64,000 nucleotides of DNA from Spirochaetae bacterium HGW-Spirochaetae-5 (lineage in GTDB: Bacteria; Spirochaetota; UBA4802; UBA5550), in assembly GCA_002839285.1 (NCBI GenBank), contig PGXT01000004.1, forward strand, positions 1,248-65,247. Direction: 5' to 3'. The notes under the pieces are model-generated. The model ran no database searches. It had not been told where the DNA came from and saw only the letters and a program-made list of their open reading frames with translations. The translations under genes were made by a program, and so were the position numbers. Of the stretch, positions 50,524-61,054 are shown one piece after another (position 1 is the first letter of the stretch; the number at the start of each line of letters is the position of its first letter).

Positions 50524-52206
50524 ATGATGAGATCAAAAATTAGAGATATTTCAATATTTACGATAATACTGGTGAGTGTACTTTCACCATACTATATATT
50601 CAGATCTGAAAGTGTTGAAAAAAAGTATAAAGAGGGGATCATAAGCAAAGCGGAAATGATAAAACCCGCGGCAGAGATGTTTAACCGTGAACTGTCCCCC
50701 GGCCCGGACAAGGTCAAGCGGGTATTCAACGAAATTATGGCTAAAGAGCCATCGACGGCGGCTCTTGCTCTTACCGATAAATCTGACAATCTGAAATATC
50801 TGATAAAAAACGACCGGCTGATAATATCCGGAACAGTTGTCGATGCATTACTGAGCGACATTAAAGAGAAGAATTTCTCCTCCGGCAATAACAGTGAACC
50901 ATTTGTACGGAACTACAAAGACGGCAGAGGGGGGAGCGAAAAATTCTACATCACCCCGTATATCTCCGGAACAGGAAAAACTTTTGCTGTATTCGCATTT
51001 ACTCTCGAAAGAAGAGTGCTGACAAGACTTGCCCTTGAAGTTCTGCTTCTTATAAGCCTTACATTTCTCCTCACAGGTATAATACTTAATATTTTAAGAA
51101 AGAAAGGTATTACGGAAGATGTTCATGTAAGAACAATAGTTCTAGGCGCGAAGAAAAACCGCGATGAAAAAACGCAGCCGGATCTAAAAAACAGAAAAAC
51201 CTCCGGTTCAAAAATCTCCGGAGCCGAACAGATTGACGAGAATGACCTCTCTCCGATAATCGGAACCGGCACAGACCGCAGCAGCAGTGAAATGATACGT
51301 AAAAGCAATCCGGAAACAGAGAGCGCCGTAAACGCGCTTAACTCACGGATATTCGACCTGTTTAAACAGATCCACAGGGAGCTTAAACCGGAGTCCATCG
51401 CGCTCTACATGAAAAAAATGGAGGGGCGTCTCTCCAAATCATATGAGCTGAAAGAGAAGACTTTTCTGCGGATCGACTCATCACTCTTTGATAATATAAA
51501 AATATCTGAAATAGATAATGTAAAAAGATCCGGTGCAAGTATAATCGATAACGGGCGGGTTATACGAATCCCGCTCATCGATGATGAGTCGCTGCTGGGG
51601 CTTATTGAGATACGCCTGAAGGATACAGCCGCTTCACTCGATCTGGGGAGACTGCAGACTGAAGTTAAGGATATTTCAAAAGATATAAAAGAGTTTCTTG
51701 TAATCAACAATGTAATAGTAGACAGAGAAACCGGATTCTACAGCGCGTCATACTTTCACATGAAACTGGCCGAGCAGATCTACTCAGCTCAGAAGATCGG
51801 CACGCAATTTAATCTGCTTCTCATAGATATTTTCCGTAACGTTAATATTGACAAAGAACAGAAAAATACAGTACTGAAGATAATATTTCCTGTAATAAAA
51901 AGATCCGCCGGAGAGACACTTGAGCTGTTTATTCAGAACGGAAAGATCGCAGTCATACTCCCTGAAACAGATCAGAAAGAGGCCGAAAACATCGAACTTG
52001 CAGTATCAAAGGATATATCCAAATTCAGAATAAAACTCTCCGACGAAAAGACTATCCGGCTAAAACCGGTATCTGCCATCATGAATTCGGCAGAAGCGGA
52101 TAACGTGAAGGACGCAGGGCACCTTTTTATAAATACCGGGCAGCAGAGGTCAACATGCATCATCTGCCTGAATGGTTGCCCTATGAAGTTTTTCAGAAGA
52201 AAATAA
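50524..52206 (+). CDS. Membrane sensor with GAF-like and degenerate GGDEF domain; C-terminus probably fused or frameshifted
   Basis: Two TM helices; VDRETGFYSASYF..LLLIDI..QNGKIAVILPETD (GGDEF motif absent). Confidence 0.65.
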   Translation: MMRSKIRDISIFTIILVSVLSPYYIFRSESVEKKYKEGIISKAEMIKPAAEMFNRELSPGPDKVKRVFNEIMAKEPSTAALALTDKSDNLKYLIKNDRLIISGTVVDALLSDIKEKNFSSGNNSEPFVRNYKDGRGGSEKFYITPYISGTGKTFAVFAFTLERRVLTRLALEVLLLISLTFLLTGIILNILRKKGITEDVHVRTIVLGAKKNRDEKTQPDLKNRKTSGSKISGAEQIDENDLSPIIGTGTDRSSSEMIRKSNPETESAVNALNSRIFDLFKQIHRELKPESIALYMKKMEGRLSKSYELKEKTFLRIDSSLFDNIKISEIDNVKRSGASIIDNGRVIRIPLIDDESLLGLIEIRLKDTAASLDLGRLQTEVKDISKDIKEFLVINNVIVDRETGFYSASYFHMKLAEQIYSAQKIGTQFNLLLIDIFRNVNIDKEQKNTVLKIIFPVIKRSAGETLELFIQNGKIAVILPETDQKEAENIELAVSKDISKFRIKLSDEKTIRLKPVSAIMNSAEADNVKDAGHLFINTGQQRSTCIICLNGCPMKFFRRK

Positions 52207-52223
52207 ACTCTGCACGGGCATAG
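52104..52223 (+). pseudogene. Possible orphan C-terminal tail of another gene
   Basis: Alternative frame REGRRAPFYKYRAAEVNMHHLPEWLPYEVFQKKINSARA* has no start context and looks more protein-like than the annotated tail. Confidence 0.35.
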
Positions 52224-52259
52224 GATTTGAATTTATAAAACTCTCTGTTTAAATTAATT

Positions 52260-53150
52260 TTATTTTCCCTTCAGGCGCTTATCAAATTCATCAAAACGAT
52301 TCAGCAGATTTTTATACATATCATATCGCCCAAGAAAAAATCGAAGAATGTAGCGATCAAGCATCCTGATAACATTTGCCCCCAATAAAACAATTAGAAT
52401 TATAGAGCAAAGAAGTATTACAACATTTTTAGTTCCGGAAACATTATCCTTAAAAAACATACCGTCGGTATTCATACCAAAAAAACCGACAATCAGATTA
52501 AGCGGTAAAAAAAGACCCGAGATCACCGTAAGAATAAAAATAGATTTATTCAGGCGGTCATTTTTTATTGAAGCATAATAGTGATGAACACTGTCAAGCC
52601 GGGTTTTAATCATCTGAATATTTGAAATGTGAAAAGATATAGTATCTTCTATTGCCCGTAAATCATCAGGAAGAACCGGAAATTTTTTTTCAGTTTTTTT
52701 TAAAAAATCGAGATAAACATTGTTATTCCGGAGATAAAAATTTTCAATCTTAGCTATGTCTTTTTTATAATCAAACCAGAGATCCATAAATATTCCGGGT
52801 ATCTTTCTTTCATACAAATACTCTTCAAGGGTTTCAATTTCATATGAGTAACTTTCAATGAATTTATAATTATCGGAATAGAACTGTTCCAGCATTTCAC
52901 TCATTTGAATGATACCCTGATCGAGTTTAATAAAAAATTTTCCATCGCTTTTTAAATAGTAAACATCATCAGATTTCAGAAGGAATATCTCCGGTTGAAA
53001 ATGCATGGACTTTTTTTCAACAACCAACCGCCTTAATACAAGCAGCTGAAAGGATGCAAATTCATCGTAACGCGATACCGGATGATAGGCATGGATTATT
53101 TTATTAACGTCTCTGATATTCTGATCAATAACATCTTCAAGTTTATACAT
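52260..53150 (-). CDS. CorA-family divalent cation transporter
   Basis: RLNKSIFILTVIS.LFLPLNLIVGFFGMN. Confidence 0.85.
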   Translation of the reverse strand: MYKLEDVIDQNIRDVNKIIHAYHPVSRYDEFASFQLLVLRRLVVEKKSMHFQPEIFLLKSDDVYYLKSDGKFFIKLDQGIIQMSEMLEQFYSDNYKFIESYSYEIETLEEYLYERKIPGIFMDLWFDYKKDIAKIENFYLRNNNVYLDFLKKTEKKFPVLPDDLRAIEDTISFHISNIQMIKTRLDSVHHYYASIKNDRLNKSIFILTVISGLFLPLNLIVGFFGMNTDGMFFKDNVSGTKNVVILLCSIILIVLLGANVIRMLDRYILRFFLGRYDMYKNLLNRFDEFDKRLKGK

Positions 53151-53467
53151 AACTTCCCCTGACAGTTAAAAAGATTCCTCTTTCTCTCAGACTTAAGACA
53201 ATCAAACCTTAACCATACATTGAATTGTTCACATGCATGATTTTCAGTTTAGTTTTTCGGCATTTATTATGGCATGTCTGTTCCGGATAATTTTTTACAA
53301 ACATCTCTTTCCGGAACAGAGAATTGATTTTAAAGCCGTAATGCTGCGTAAACTGAAAACAGAAAATCAACCTGCAGATATGTACAAATACTTAACAGCC
53401 CGTTCCGCTGTGCCCCCTTCACTCTCTTGAAAGGGCCGGTCAAAACCTGAGTTGAAAATAATATTAT

Positions 53468-55864
53468 CTATTCAGTAGTCAGACTCTTCGCCAGCTTCAC
53501 TGCTTCCATGGCATCAATCGAGTAACCGTCAGCTCCGATCTCGTCGGCGTAATTCTGGTCAACTACCGCTCCGCCGATCATAAACTTCAGTTTAAGTCCT
53601 CTGCTTTGTGCAAGATTTATCACATTCGGCATTTCGGTCATCGTTGTGGTCATCAGCGCCGAGAGCGCAATAATATCGGCTTTCACTTCAACCGCTTTAT
53701 CGACTATCGTCTCTGCCGGAACATCCTTCCCAAGATCGATTACTTCAAATCCGTAATTACGGAGCATCAGCGTTACTATATTTTTTCCGATATCGTGAAT
53801 ATCACCTTTGACAGTTGCTATTACTACCCTTCCCGCTTCTTTATCTCCGGCCTTTTTTACAAGGAGAGGTTCAAGTACTGCAAAACCTTTCCTCATTGTA
53901 TCGGCACTCATTATAAGCTGCGGAAGAAAATACTCCTTCTTCTCGTACTTGTCTCCTACAAGAGTAATTGCCGGAATAAGAAAATCATCAACAAGCTTTT
54001 TCGCCTCTATCCCTGAATCGAGGGCTTTCTGAACTGCAGATTCAATACGATCGTCCCAGCCGCGGAGTACAGATTCATAAACCATCTTTTCGGGCGAAAG
54101 ATCGGCATTTGCTGCGGCAATCTTTTCACTGCTGCCGGAGAATCTCTCCACATAGCCTGTAAGATTTTTATCTCTCCCTGAAAGCGCGTCACATGAAAAT
54201 ACCGTATTCATGAGAAGCTCCGAAGCAGGGTTGGCAATAGCCATTGTAAGCCCCCGCGACGCCGCCATTGCAAGGAACGATGAGTTGATCCAGTCCCTTG
54301 ACGGAAGCCCGAAGGAGACATTGGAAAGTCCGCAGATTGTATTTATACCTATCTCGCGTGAACACCACTCGATAAGGTCCAGTGTCATAAGCGCGGCGTT
54401 TTTATCGGAACTCACAGTCATTACAAGTCCGTCAACTACCACATCCTCTTTTTTATATCCGTACTTCGCACCTTCGCTTAGTATAAACTCAACTATTTCT
54501 TTTCTCTCCTCAAGAGTCTGAGGAATTCCCTCATCATTCAGAGGGAGAAGTATAAACATCGCACCGTATCTGGCAGCTATCGGCAGGGTCTTCTCAATCC
54601 GCTCTCTCTCCGCGGAGATGGAGTTAACCAGAGCACGTCCCGGATATATGCGGAGTGCCGCCTCTACAACTTCAGGGATTGTCGAATCTATACATAATGG
54701 AAGATCGCTTGTTCTCGAAAGGAGCCGGACTGCTTTAAGCATCATCTCCTTTTCATCTATTCCCGAAAGCCCCATATTTACATCAAGAATTGCGGCTCCC
54801 TTAAGCTGCTGCTCCAGCGCAAAGTCCTGAACAATACCGGTTTTACCCTCGCGAAGTTCCGCCTGAAGAGCTTTCTTGCCCGTGGGATTAATTCTCTCTC
54901 CAACCACAGCAAAGGGTCTGCCGTTACCCATAAACACGCTCTTCCGTGCAGATGAAACCGCCGAAGTGAATTCAGAGGAATGAGTAAGAGTTTTGTGCCC
55001 GCGGGCCTTGACTGCAGCAGCTCCTATATGTTCAGGTGTTGTACCGCAGCACCCTCCAAGCAGATTGGCGCCTGCCGCAATAAAGGCTTCAACATATGAG
55101 GCAAATTCTTCGGGTCCCATATCAAACGAGGTGACACCGTTAATCAGCCTTGGAACACCGGCATTAGGCTTGGCAAGAAGCGGTACCCTGGCAAACTCTC
55201 TCATTGTGCTAATGACTTTCATCATGTCCGCGGGACCGGTTGAGCAGTTGCACCCCACAGCATCGGCTCCAAGAGACTGAAGCGTAATCAGCGCAGAAAC
55301 AGGGTCAGTACCGTTAAGCGTACGTCCGTCCTTTTCATATGTCATACTCACCATTACAGGAAGATCGCAGATTTCGCTGATGGCAATCAGTGCGGCTCTG
55401 GCCTCCTGAATATCGAGCATTGTTTCTATAACAAAACCATCCACACCGCCGTCAAGAAGCCCCTTCGCCTGATCCTTATAAATCACAACAGCATCCTCAA
55501 AGGAGAGATCCCCGAAAGGTTCAACAAATCTCCCCGTAGGGGCTATGTCTCCGAATACAAGAGCACTCCCGGCATTCATCTTTGACATCTGCGCCAGTGA
55601 AAAATTTATCTCGTAAACCCTCTCTTCAAGACCGAACTCCTCTAACTTGCATCCATTAGCACCGAAAGTCGGAGTATAAATAATATTACTCCCGGCGGAG
55701 ATATATTTATCCTGAAGATCTTTCACCGCAGCGGGATTTTCCATACACCACAGCTCGGGGCATACACCGGATGGCATCCCCCGTTTTACAAGCTCTGTAC
55801 CTGTGGCTCCATCGAGTATTACAAGTCCGCTGCTTAAAAAGTCTCTGAATTCTTTTTTATTCAT
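53468..55864 (-). CDS. metH: Cobalamin-dependent methionine synthase (Hcy-, pterin- and B12-binding domains; no activation domain)
   Basis: LDGATGT, GCNCSTGP, GGCCGTTPEH, VVGERINPTG, GLSNVSFG, VKGDIHDIGKN. Confidence 0.93.
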   Translation of the reverse strand: MNKKEFRDFLSSGLVILDGATGTELVKRGMPSGVCPELWCMENPAAVKDLQDKYISAGSNIIYTPTFGANGCKLEEFGLEERVYEINFSLAQMSKMNAGSALVFGDIAPTGRFVEPFGDLSFEDAVVIYKDQAKGLLDGGVDGFVIETMLDIQEARAALIAISEICDLPVMVSMTYEKDGRTLNGTDPVSALITLQSLGADAVGCNCSTGPADMMKVISTMREFARVPLLAKPNAGVPRLINGVTSFDMGPEEFASYVEAFIAAGANLLGGCCGTTPEHIGAAAVKARGHKTLTHSSEFTSAVSSARKSVFMGNGRPFAVVGERINPTGKKALQAELREGKTGIVQDFALEQQLKGAAILDVNMGLSGIDEKEMMLKAVRLLSRTSDLPLCIDSTIPEVVEAALRIYPGRALVNSISAERERIEKTLPIAARYGAMFILLPLNDEGIPQTLEERKEIVEFILSEGAKYGYKKEDVVVDGLVMTVSSDKNAALMTLDLIEWCSREIGINTICGLSNVSFGLPSRDWINSSFLAMAASRGLTMAIANPASELLMNTVFSCDALSGRDKNLTGYVERFSGSSEKIAAANADLSPEKMVYESVLRGWDDRIESAVQKALDSGIEAKKLVDDFLIPAITLVGDKYEKKEYFLPQLIMSADTMRKGFAVLEPLLVKKAGDKEAGRVVIATVKGDIHDIGKNIVTLMLRNYGFEVIDLGKDVPAETIVDKAVEVKADIIALSALMTTTMTEMPNVINLAQSRGLKLKFMIGGAVVDQNYADEIGADGYSIDAMEAVKLAKSLTTE

Positions 55865-56526
55865 TTATGGTATCCTTTTATATCGGGCGAATTATTATTC
55901 GCCATTACTTTATGTTCGGGCGAATTATTATTCGCCCCCTTCTCCGGCATAAAAATATATCTATCGGTAAGTTTTACGCCGAAATCTTCAAGTTTAAGCA
56001 GTTCAAAGAAATGCCTCTGATTTTCAAGAAGAAAATCTCCGTAACCGGGAGAAAATCTCATCGATGTAAGACTCTCCCCCCGCCGCTTCAGTTCGCCGCC
56101 GATATACATGTTGAGCCAGTCCACTGCAGCCTCGGCAGTTTCGCTCCCCACTGCATCATAGATCACAGCCGATGCGCCGTCTCCATTTTTAAATGCCTCT
56201 GCTGCAGCTTCAACAATCGCAGAGCCAGCCGTTGCCGAGAAAAAAACAGCCGCACTGCTGTTAACCAGAAGCTTGACTATTGACCTGCTCTTTATTGTAA
56301 TCTTATTTTCAAATGTTAAAGACTCATCCGATCTCTCCAGGATATTGCTCCGTGTCCAGACACCTTTAAGTTCGCAGAGAGCAAATCCTCTATTGACTGC
56401 AGAGAGTATCTTCTTCCGGCTCTCCTCATCTATCTCTGTTTTATGAATATTATACTTAAGCCTGGCGAATATCTCTTTTTCGGGGAGAGTTACCGGGATT
56501 CTATTGAATACTTTCAGTTTTTCCAT
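55861..56526 (-). CDS. Stand-alone methionine synthase activation domain protein with repeat-derived C-terminus
   Basis: SATAG, DAVGSETAEAA, RFSPGYGDF.L, FMPEK; ATGA overlap with metH. Confidence 0.88.
   Translation of the reverse strand: MEKLKVFNRIPVTLPEKEIFARLKYNIHKTEIDEESRKKILSAVNRGFALCELKGVWTRSNILERSDESLTFENKITIKSRSIVKLLVNSSAAVFFSATAGSAIVEAAAEAFKNGDGASAVIYDAVGSETAEAAVDWLNMYIGGELKRRGESLTSMRFSPGYGDFLLENQRHFFELLKLEDFGVKLTDRYIFMPEKGANNNSPEHKVMANNNSPDIKGYHK
55885..55937 (-). repeat. Two REP-like palindromes (33-bp period) inside a gene 3' end
   Basis: gggcgaattattattcgcc at 55885 and gggcgaattattattcgccc at 55918; same family as 8674. Confidence 0.85.
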
Positions 56527-56681
56527 AATTCATTATAGTTTAAATTTTGAATATCAGTCAACTTTTTTAAGCTTAACGATAAATAAAGTAGTAAGCGTTT
56601 TAAAAAACAGTGATGATACGTTTAAGCAAAAAAAAGCCCCCTGTCAAGGAGGCTCAAATTACCTGTTATATTAAACTAATA

Positions 56682-57764
56682 CTATGACCGTGTAATCATG
56701 CCCCGTTTTCTTTCCATTATTTCATGGGCTTCGTTAAGGTCTTTCGGAGGATCATAAAGTTCAGATTCCGGTTTCTTAACAAGCGATGCGGCATTAGTTG
56801 GACATGTTGTCACACAGAGACCGCAACCGATACAGCGATTAAGATCCACAACAGCTACATTATCTTCATTCATCCTGATTGCCTCTATCTGGCAGCGTTT
56901 AATGCACATTTCACAACCTGAACAGCCGCCAGGTTCAATCTTTGCGAAGTAGGAACTCCGCACTTCCTGCGCGGGATTCGGTCTCATTTTCAGTGACATT
57001 AAAATTGTACAGCAATCCCCGCAGCAGCTGCATAATGCGCCAATATCCTTACCATTAAACGGCTGCAAAACCATACCGTATTCATCGCTTTTAGTTATAA
57101 TATGAATTGCTTCATCTTTCGATATTTCCCGGGCAGAATTATTTTCAAGATAATATTCAGCCATCTTCCCGAATCCAATACATGACTCAAGCGGATTGAC
57201 ACATTTTTTCATTCCGATGCTGTTGAATATGGTCCGGCAAGTGCAAAGCCCGACAGCAATTTTATCATGACTGTTTATAATCCCGACGGCATCATCAAAG
57301 GTTGCAACAGGCCATTTCTCCACCAGCTGGCGATTGATCGGAATAGTTCTCATGTGCTGTTCACCTGCCGAGGCTAAGGACTTCATCAATCCCCCCACAC
57401 CGTATACAGCGACACTTTGTGCAAGCTTAGCATCTTCTGAAATGCGCTTTACCTGATATTCAAGGATTCCGACAACAAAGGGGGATGTTGAAAAGTATGT
57501 TTTGCCATTCTCCCTTTCCCGCCAGAGAATCCCTTTTCTTGCCATCGATTCAAGATCGTCTGAGAGGCTGTTTTCATCAAGATTAAGCCGGTTGGCCGCT
57601 TCTCTTGCTGTTTCTTTCCCAGGTCTCATCTTGAGAAATAGCCCGGCCTCTTTTTCAGAATACAGCATCTGTAAAACCTTGATCTCGGAACCCCCATCGG
57701 TTTTTGGAAACCCGCTGGCCATAGAATCGAAATAAACCTGCAGCTGCTGATAAATATCGCCCAT
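56682..57764 (-). CDS. 4Fe-4S binding protein
   Basis: GFP, PFVVGILEYQ, CTCR, CSCCGDCC, CSGCEMCIKRC, CIGCGLCVTTCP. Confidence 0.88.
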   Translation of the reverse strand: MGDIYQQLQVYFDSMASGFPKTDGGSEIKVLQMLYSEKEAGLFLKMRPGKETAREAANRLNLDENSLSDDLESMARKGILWRERENGKTYFSTSPFVVGILEYQVKRISEDAKLAQSVAVYGVGGLMKSLASAGEQHMRTIPINRQLVEKWPVATFDDAVGIINSHDKIAVGLCTCRTIFNSIGMKKCVNPLESCIGFGKMAEYYLENNSAREISKDEAIHIITKSDEYGMVLQPFNGKDIGALCSCCGDCCTILMSLKMRPNPAQEVRSSYFAKIEPGGCSGCEMCIKRCQIEAIRMNEDNVAVVDLNRCIGCGLCVTTCPTNAASLVKKPESELYDPPKDLNEAHEIMERKRGMITRS

Positions 57765-58521
57765 ATTCAAACTCCTGTTATTAATATTTTTCTGTAGCGA
57801 AAACTGCATTAAACTAAGGGGATGCCAATATTTACTAATAAAGATATATTGCAGCCCACAGTATGCTTTAGCGTATTATGCAGAATAATATACAAATTGG
57901 CTCATTTTGTATTGTTAATGCAATTTGTTGCATATTATGCAAATAATTGCATAATATGCAACAAATTTTTGCTTCCTCTCAAAAAAAGCAGAAATCCAAC
58001 ACAGGTAACTGTATTAGACAACCGTCACAATATTTTTCAATAAATATTCCGCCTTAAAACTCTTCCATCTCTCTTTCTAAAGTCAGAGGATAGAAGAGTT
58101 TTAAGTGTGAATTTTTATCAATCATTGCACAATCCGGATAAATCCGGCAGTGCTGAATGATTTATTTATGAAGCGGTTATTATTTCAAAAAACCGGATGC
58201 ATGGCGTCTCAATTATTCTAAAAATAAACATCGTCAAAAATTATCTCCCCGGTGTTGCTGCATTTCAGCCGGACTTAATCCGCATAAATACATATATAAT
58301 TACAATTTTAGCATATTAAAATTTTATTAAGTAATCCTCCCCCTAAATGGAATTTTTTTTAATTTTGGTTGACATTTAGTTAAAACGTTTTTACGAATTG
58401 AGTTGGATTACTATAAAAAAAGCATGGCTCTGCTATGCTGCCGGTTCAGTCTCTGAATCACTTTTTTCGGTTTTAAAGAATTACAACTCTTTCAAAAATA
58501 AAAAACAAAAGGAGAATTTTT

Positions 58522-59076
58522 GTGAGACGTTCATTGCTGCTTTTCTTTACCCCTTTTATTATTTTTACATGGATTTTCTTCGGAATATCCCAAAAGGGCT
58601 GTGACAGCGTAATGCAGGCTGATGCTGCAAAAAAAATCCCCTTTAACCACCAGAGTCACGTGGAAAAATACGGGATAAGCGACTGTACAACATGCCATGG
58701 ATATGAAGAAAACGGAAGATTTAAGGGACTTCCAACCATAGCCGAATGTACGACATGTCACGCCAGAGATGGTGTTTTGACTTCCGATGATCAAAGCATT
58801 CCGAGAAAAAAACCAATGTTTGATTCATACAAGGATACAGACCAGCCCTGGGAATCATTCGCAAAACAGCCCGATCTTGTTTATTTCAGTCATAGCGTTG
58901 TAATGACAGCGAAGTACGATGACGGCAGATTAAAAGCACGCTGCGGATCCTGTCACGGCGACAAGGCAGACTCAACAGGCACCAAAATGATCAAAGGCAA
59001 AATGCTCATGGGTCAGTGTATGGATTGTCATACCGCGCTTAATTTGAGCAACAAATGTGCCGTATGTCACGACTAG
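58522..59076 (+). CDS. qrcA: QrcA-like membrane-anchored pentaheme cytochrome c
   Basis: N-terminal TM helix, PFNHQSH, five CxxCH, KQPDLVYFSH. Confidence 0.82.
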   Translation: MRRSLLLFFTPFIIFTWIFFGISQKGCDSVMQADAAKKIPFNHQSHVEKYGISDCTTCHGYEENGRFKGLPTIAECTTCHARDGVLTSDDQSIPRKKPMFDSYKDTDQPWESFAKQPDLVYFSHSVVMTAKYDDGRLKARCGSCHGDKADSTGTKMIKGKMLMGQCMDCHTALNLSNKCAVCHD

Positions 59077-59106
59077 AAAGAAACTTGAGAGGAGTAAGTT
59101 AATCTT

Positions 59107-61044
59107 ATGAAAAAAATAGAACGAAAGGACTTCTTAAAATTAGGAGGGGGCGCAGTTCTTGGCGGTCTTTCCGGTTGGGTTTTTTCCGGTGCTCCTTTTC
59201 TGGGTTTTCAGTGGCTTGCGGAATGGACACAGGACCAGTATGTACCGGTTAAAGGTTTCGAAAAATATGCACAGGCTGTGAGCGATTCATGTCCTGCGGG
59301 ATGTAAAGTTTCCGTAAGAATGATTGGCGATAGAGCTGTAAAAATTGAATCAAAAGATGGAGTATGCCCTGCATGTCATAACGCTCTGCAGCTGACCTAC
59401 CATCCTGAAAGAATATCCACACCTCTTAAACGAAAAGGTGATAAGGGAGACGGAAAATTTGTACCTGTAACATGGGAGGAAGCGGTCAAAGAGATCTCTT
59501 CAAAAATGAATTCTCTTATTACAGAAGGAAAAGCAAATTCTATTGCAGCGATAAACAAAAATGAATCACTAAACGGTCAGTTAATGGAAAAATTCATTAA
59601 AGCTGCCGGAAGCAATAATGTTTATTACGAACCATCATTAAAATCTCTGACTTCATCAGCTCTCGGCGGATACATAAACTACGATTTCGCAAACACAGAT
59701 TATGTACTTAGCTTCGGAGCAAAACTTGTTGAAGGATGGGACTCATCAGCTGATATGCAGAAAGTTTTTACCCAGTGGAAAACAAAAGGGACTAAAATAG
59801 TTCAAGCCGACACTGTATGCTCGATGACAGCCTCTCTCGCTTCAGAGTGGGTTCCTGTTAAACCGGGCACAGAGGCAGTTCTTGCATTCGGTATAGCAAA
59901 CTACCTGATAACCGGCAGAAGACTGAACTCAACAGGCGAGGAGTTTGGAAAATGGTCCCAGCTGATCATCAACAAATTCCCTCTTGCAAAAGTGGCATCC
60001 TATACAGGTGTAAGCGAAGAGAGAATTAAAAAAATAGGTGATGATTTCAGTAAAGCCAAAAATCCCGTTGCAGTTTCAGGTAAAGGCGCTTGTGGAGTAA
60101 ATGCATCATCTGCTGAAATCATAGCTGTTTACTGCCTCAATACTCTTGTTAAATCAAAGGCTGCCACTCTTATGACAAACAGCTCTGTAACATACAAGGG
60201 TGAATTTGCGGGACTCGACAGTTTCATAAAAGACGGGAAATTCAGCATGCTCTTCCTTAATAATTCCGATCCGGTTTACAAAAGCGTACTTGGTGAAGAT
60301 CTGAAAAAGAAAATGGAAAAAGCATTTGTTGTTTCCATAAATCCTATTATGAACGATTCAGCAAATTATGCCGACATCATTCTTCCGTCTCTTTCATTTC
60401 TTGAAAGCGAAACTCCGGAGAATAAAGCTGTTGTCAGCAATTTTAAAGAGTCAAAAGACGCGAAAGATATAATTATAGCTCTATCAAAATCTTTAGATAA
60501 AACAAAGGACACATTCTCTTTCGCCAGCGGAATAGATTCATTCAAAGTTGCCGGAAAAGAAACAGCATCAGGAGCAAAATTCTCATTTAATGTTGATAAG
60601 ATAAAAAATGATATTGATGCACTTGATAAAAAATTTGCAGCAAACGCGGAATATCCTCTATTCATGATACCTGTTGAAGCTCCTCTTGTCGGCGATGGTG
60701 ATGGACTTGCTTTCCCGTATGTACTGAAAAGCATTGATCCTACTGTATTTTACAAAGGAAAACTCCTTGTTCAGATTAACAGGGAAACCGGAAAGAAATA
60801 CGGTCTGTCCGAAAATGAATCAATAGTGATTCGCTCAGCAAGAGGAAAGCTGGACAAAGTTTATGTACATTTAACAGATACTGTTGCACCTGACACAGTT
60901 GCCATGCCGCTCGGTTTCGGTCACGAATCGTACACTAAGTACGGTAGCGACAAAGGGGTTAATCCTAAAAAGATTATGGCTGCTGATGTTGATCCTCTTA
61001 CAGGAACAGCTGACTGGTGGTCAACACGTGTCAAAATTAGTTAA
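59107..61044 (+). CDS. qrcB: QrcB-like molybdopterin-oxidoreductase-family subunit with Tat-type signal
   Basis: ERKDFLK signal, CPAGC, YHPERISTPLKR, VTWEEA, IKPGTE-like VKPGTE, C-terminal MPLGFGH..GVNP. Confidence 0.8.
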   Translation: MKKIERKDFLKLGGGAVLGGLSGWVFSGAPFLGFQWLAEWTQDQYVPVKGFEKYAQAVSDSCPAGCKVSVRMIGDRAVKIESKDGVCPACHNALQLTYHPERISTPLKRKGDKGDGKFVPVTWEEAVKEISSKMNSLITEGKANSIAAINKNESLNGQLMEKFIKAAGSNNVYYEPSLKSLTSSALGGYINYDFANTDYVLSFGAKLVEGWDSSADMQKVFTQWKTKGTKIVQADTVCSMTASLASEWVPVKPGTEAVLAFGIANYLITGRRLNSTGEEFGKWSQLIINKFPLAKVASYTGVSEERIKKIGDDFSKAKNPVAVSGKGACGVNASSAEIIAVYCLNTLVKSKAATLMTNSSVTYKGEFAGLDSFIKDGKFSMLFLNNSDPVYKSVLGEDLKKKMEKAFVVSINPIMNDSANYADIILPSLSFLESETPENKAVVSNFKESKDAKDIIIALSKSLDKTKDTFSFASGIDSFKVAGKETASGAKFSFNVDKIKNDIDALDKKFAANAEYPLFMIPVEAPLVGDGDGLAFPYVLKSIDPTVFYKGKLLVQINRETGKKYGLSENESIVIRSARGKLDKVYVHLTDTVAPDTVAMPLGFGHESYTKYGSDKGVNPKKIMAADVDPLTGTADWWSTRVKIS

Positions 61045-61054
61045 GAGGTAAGTC

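Noticed and set aside
58100-58400. Rex or FNR boxes upstream of qrcA
   Set aside because: Only half-site matches in very AT-rich DNA; not distinguishable from chance.
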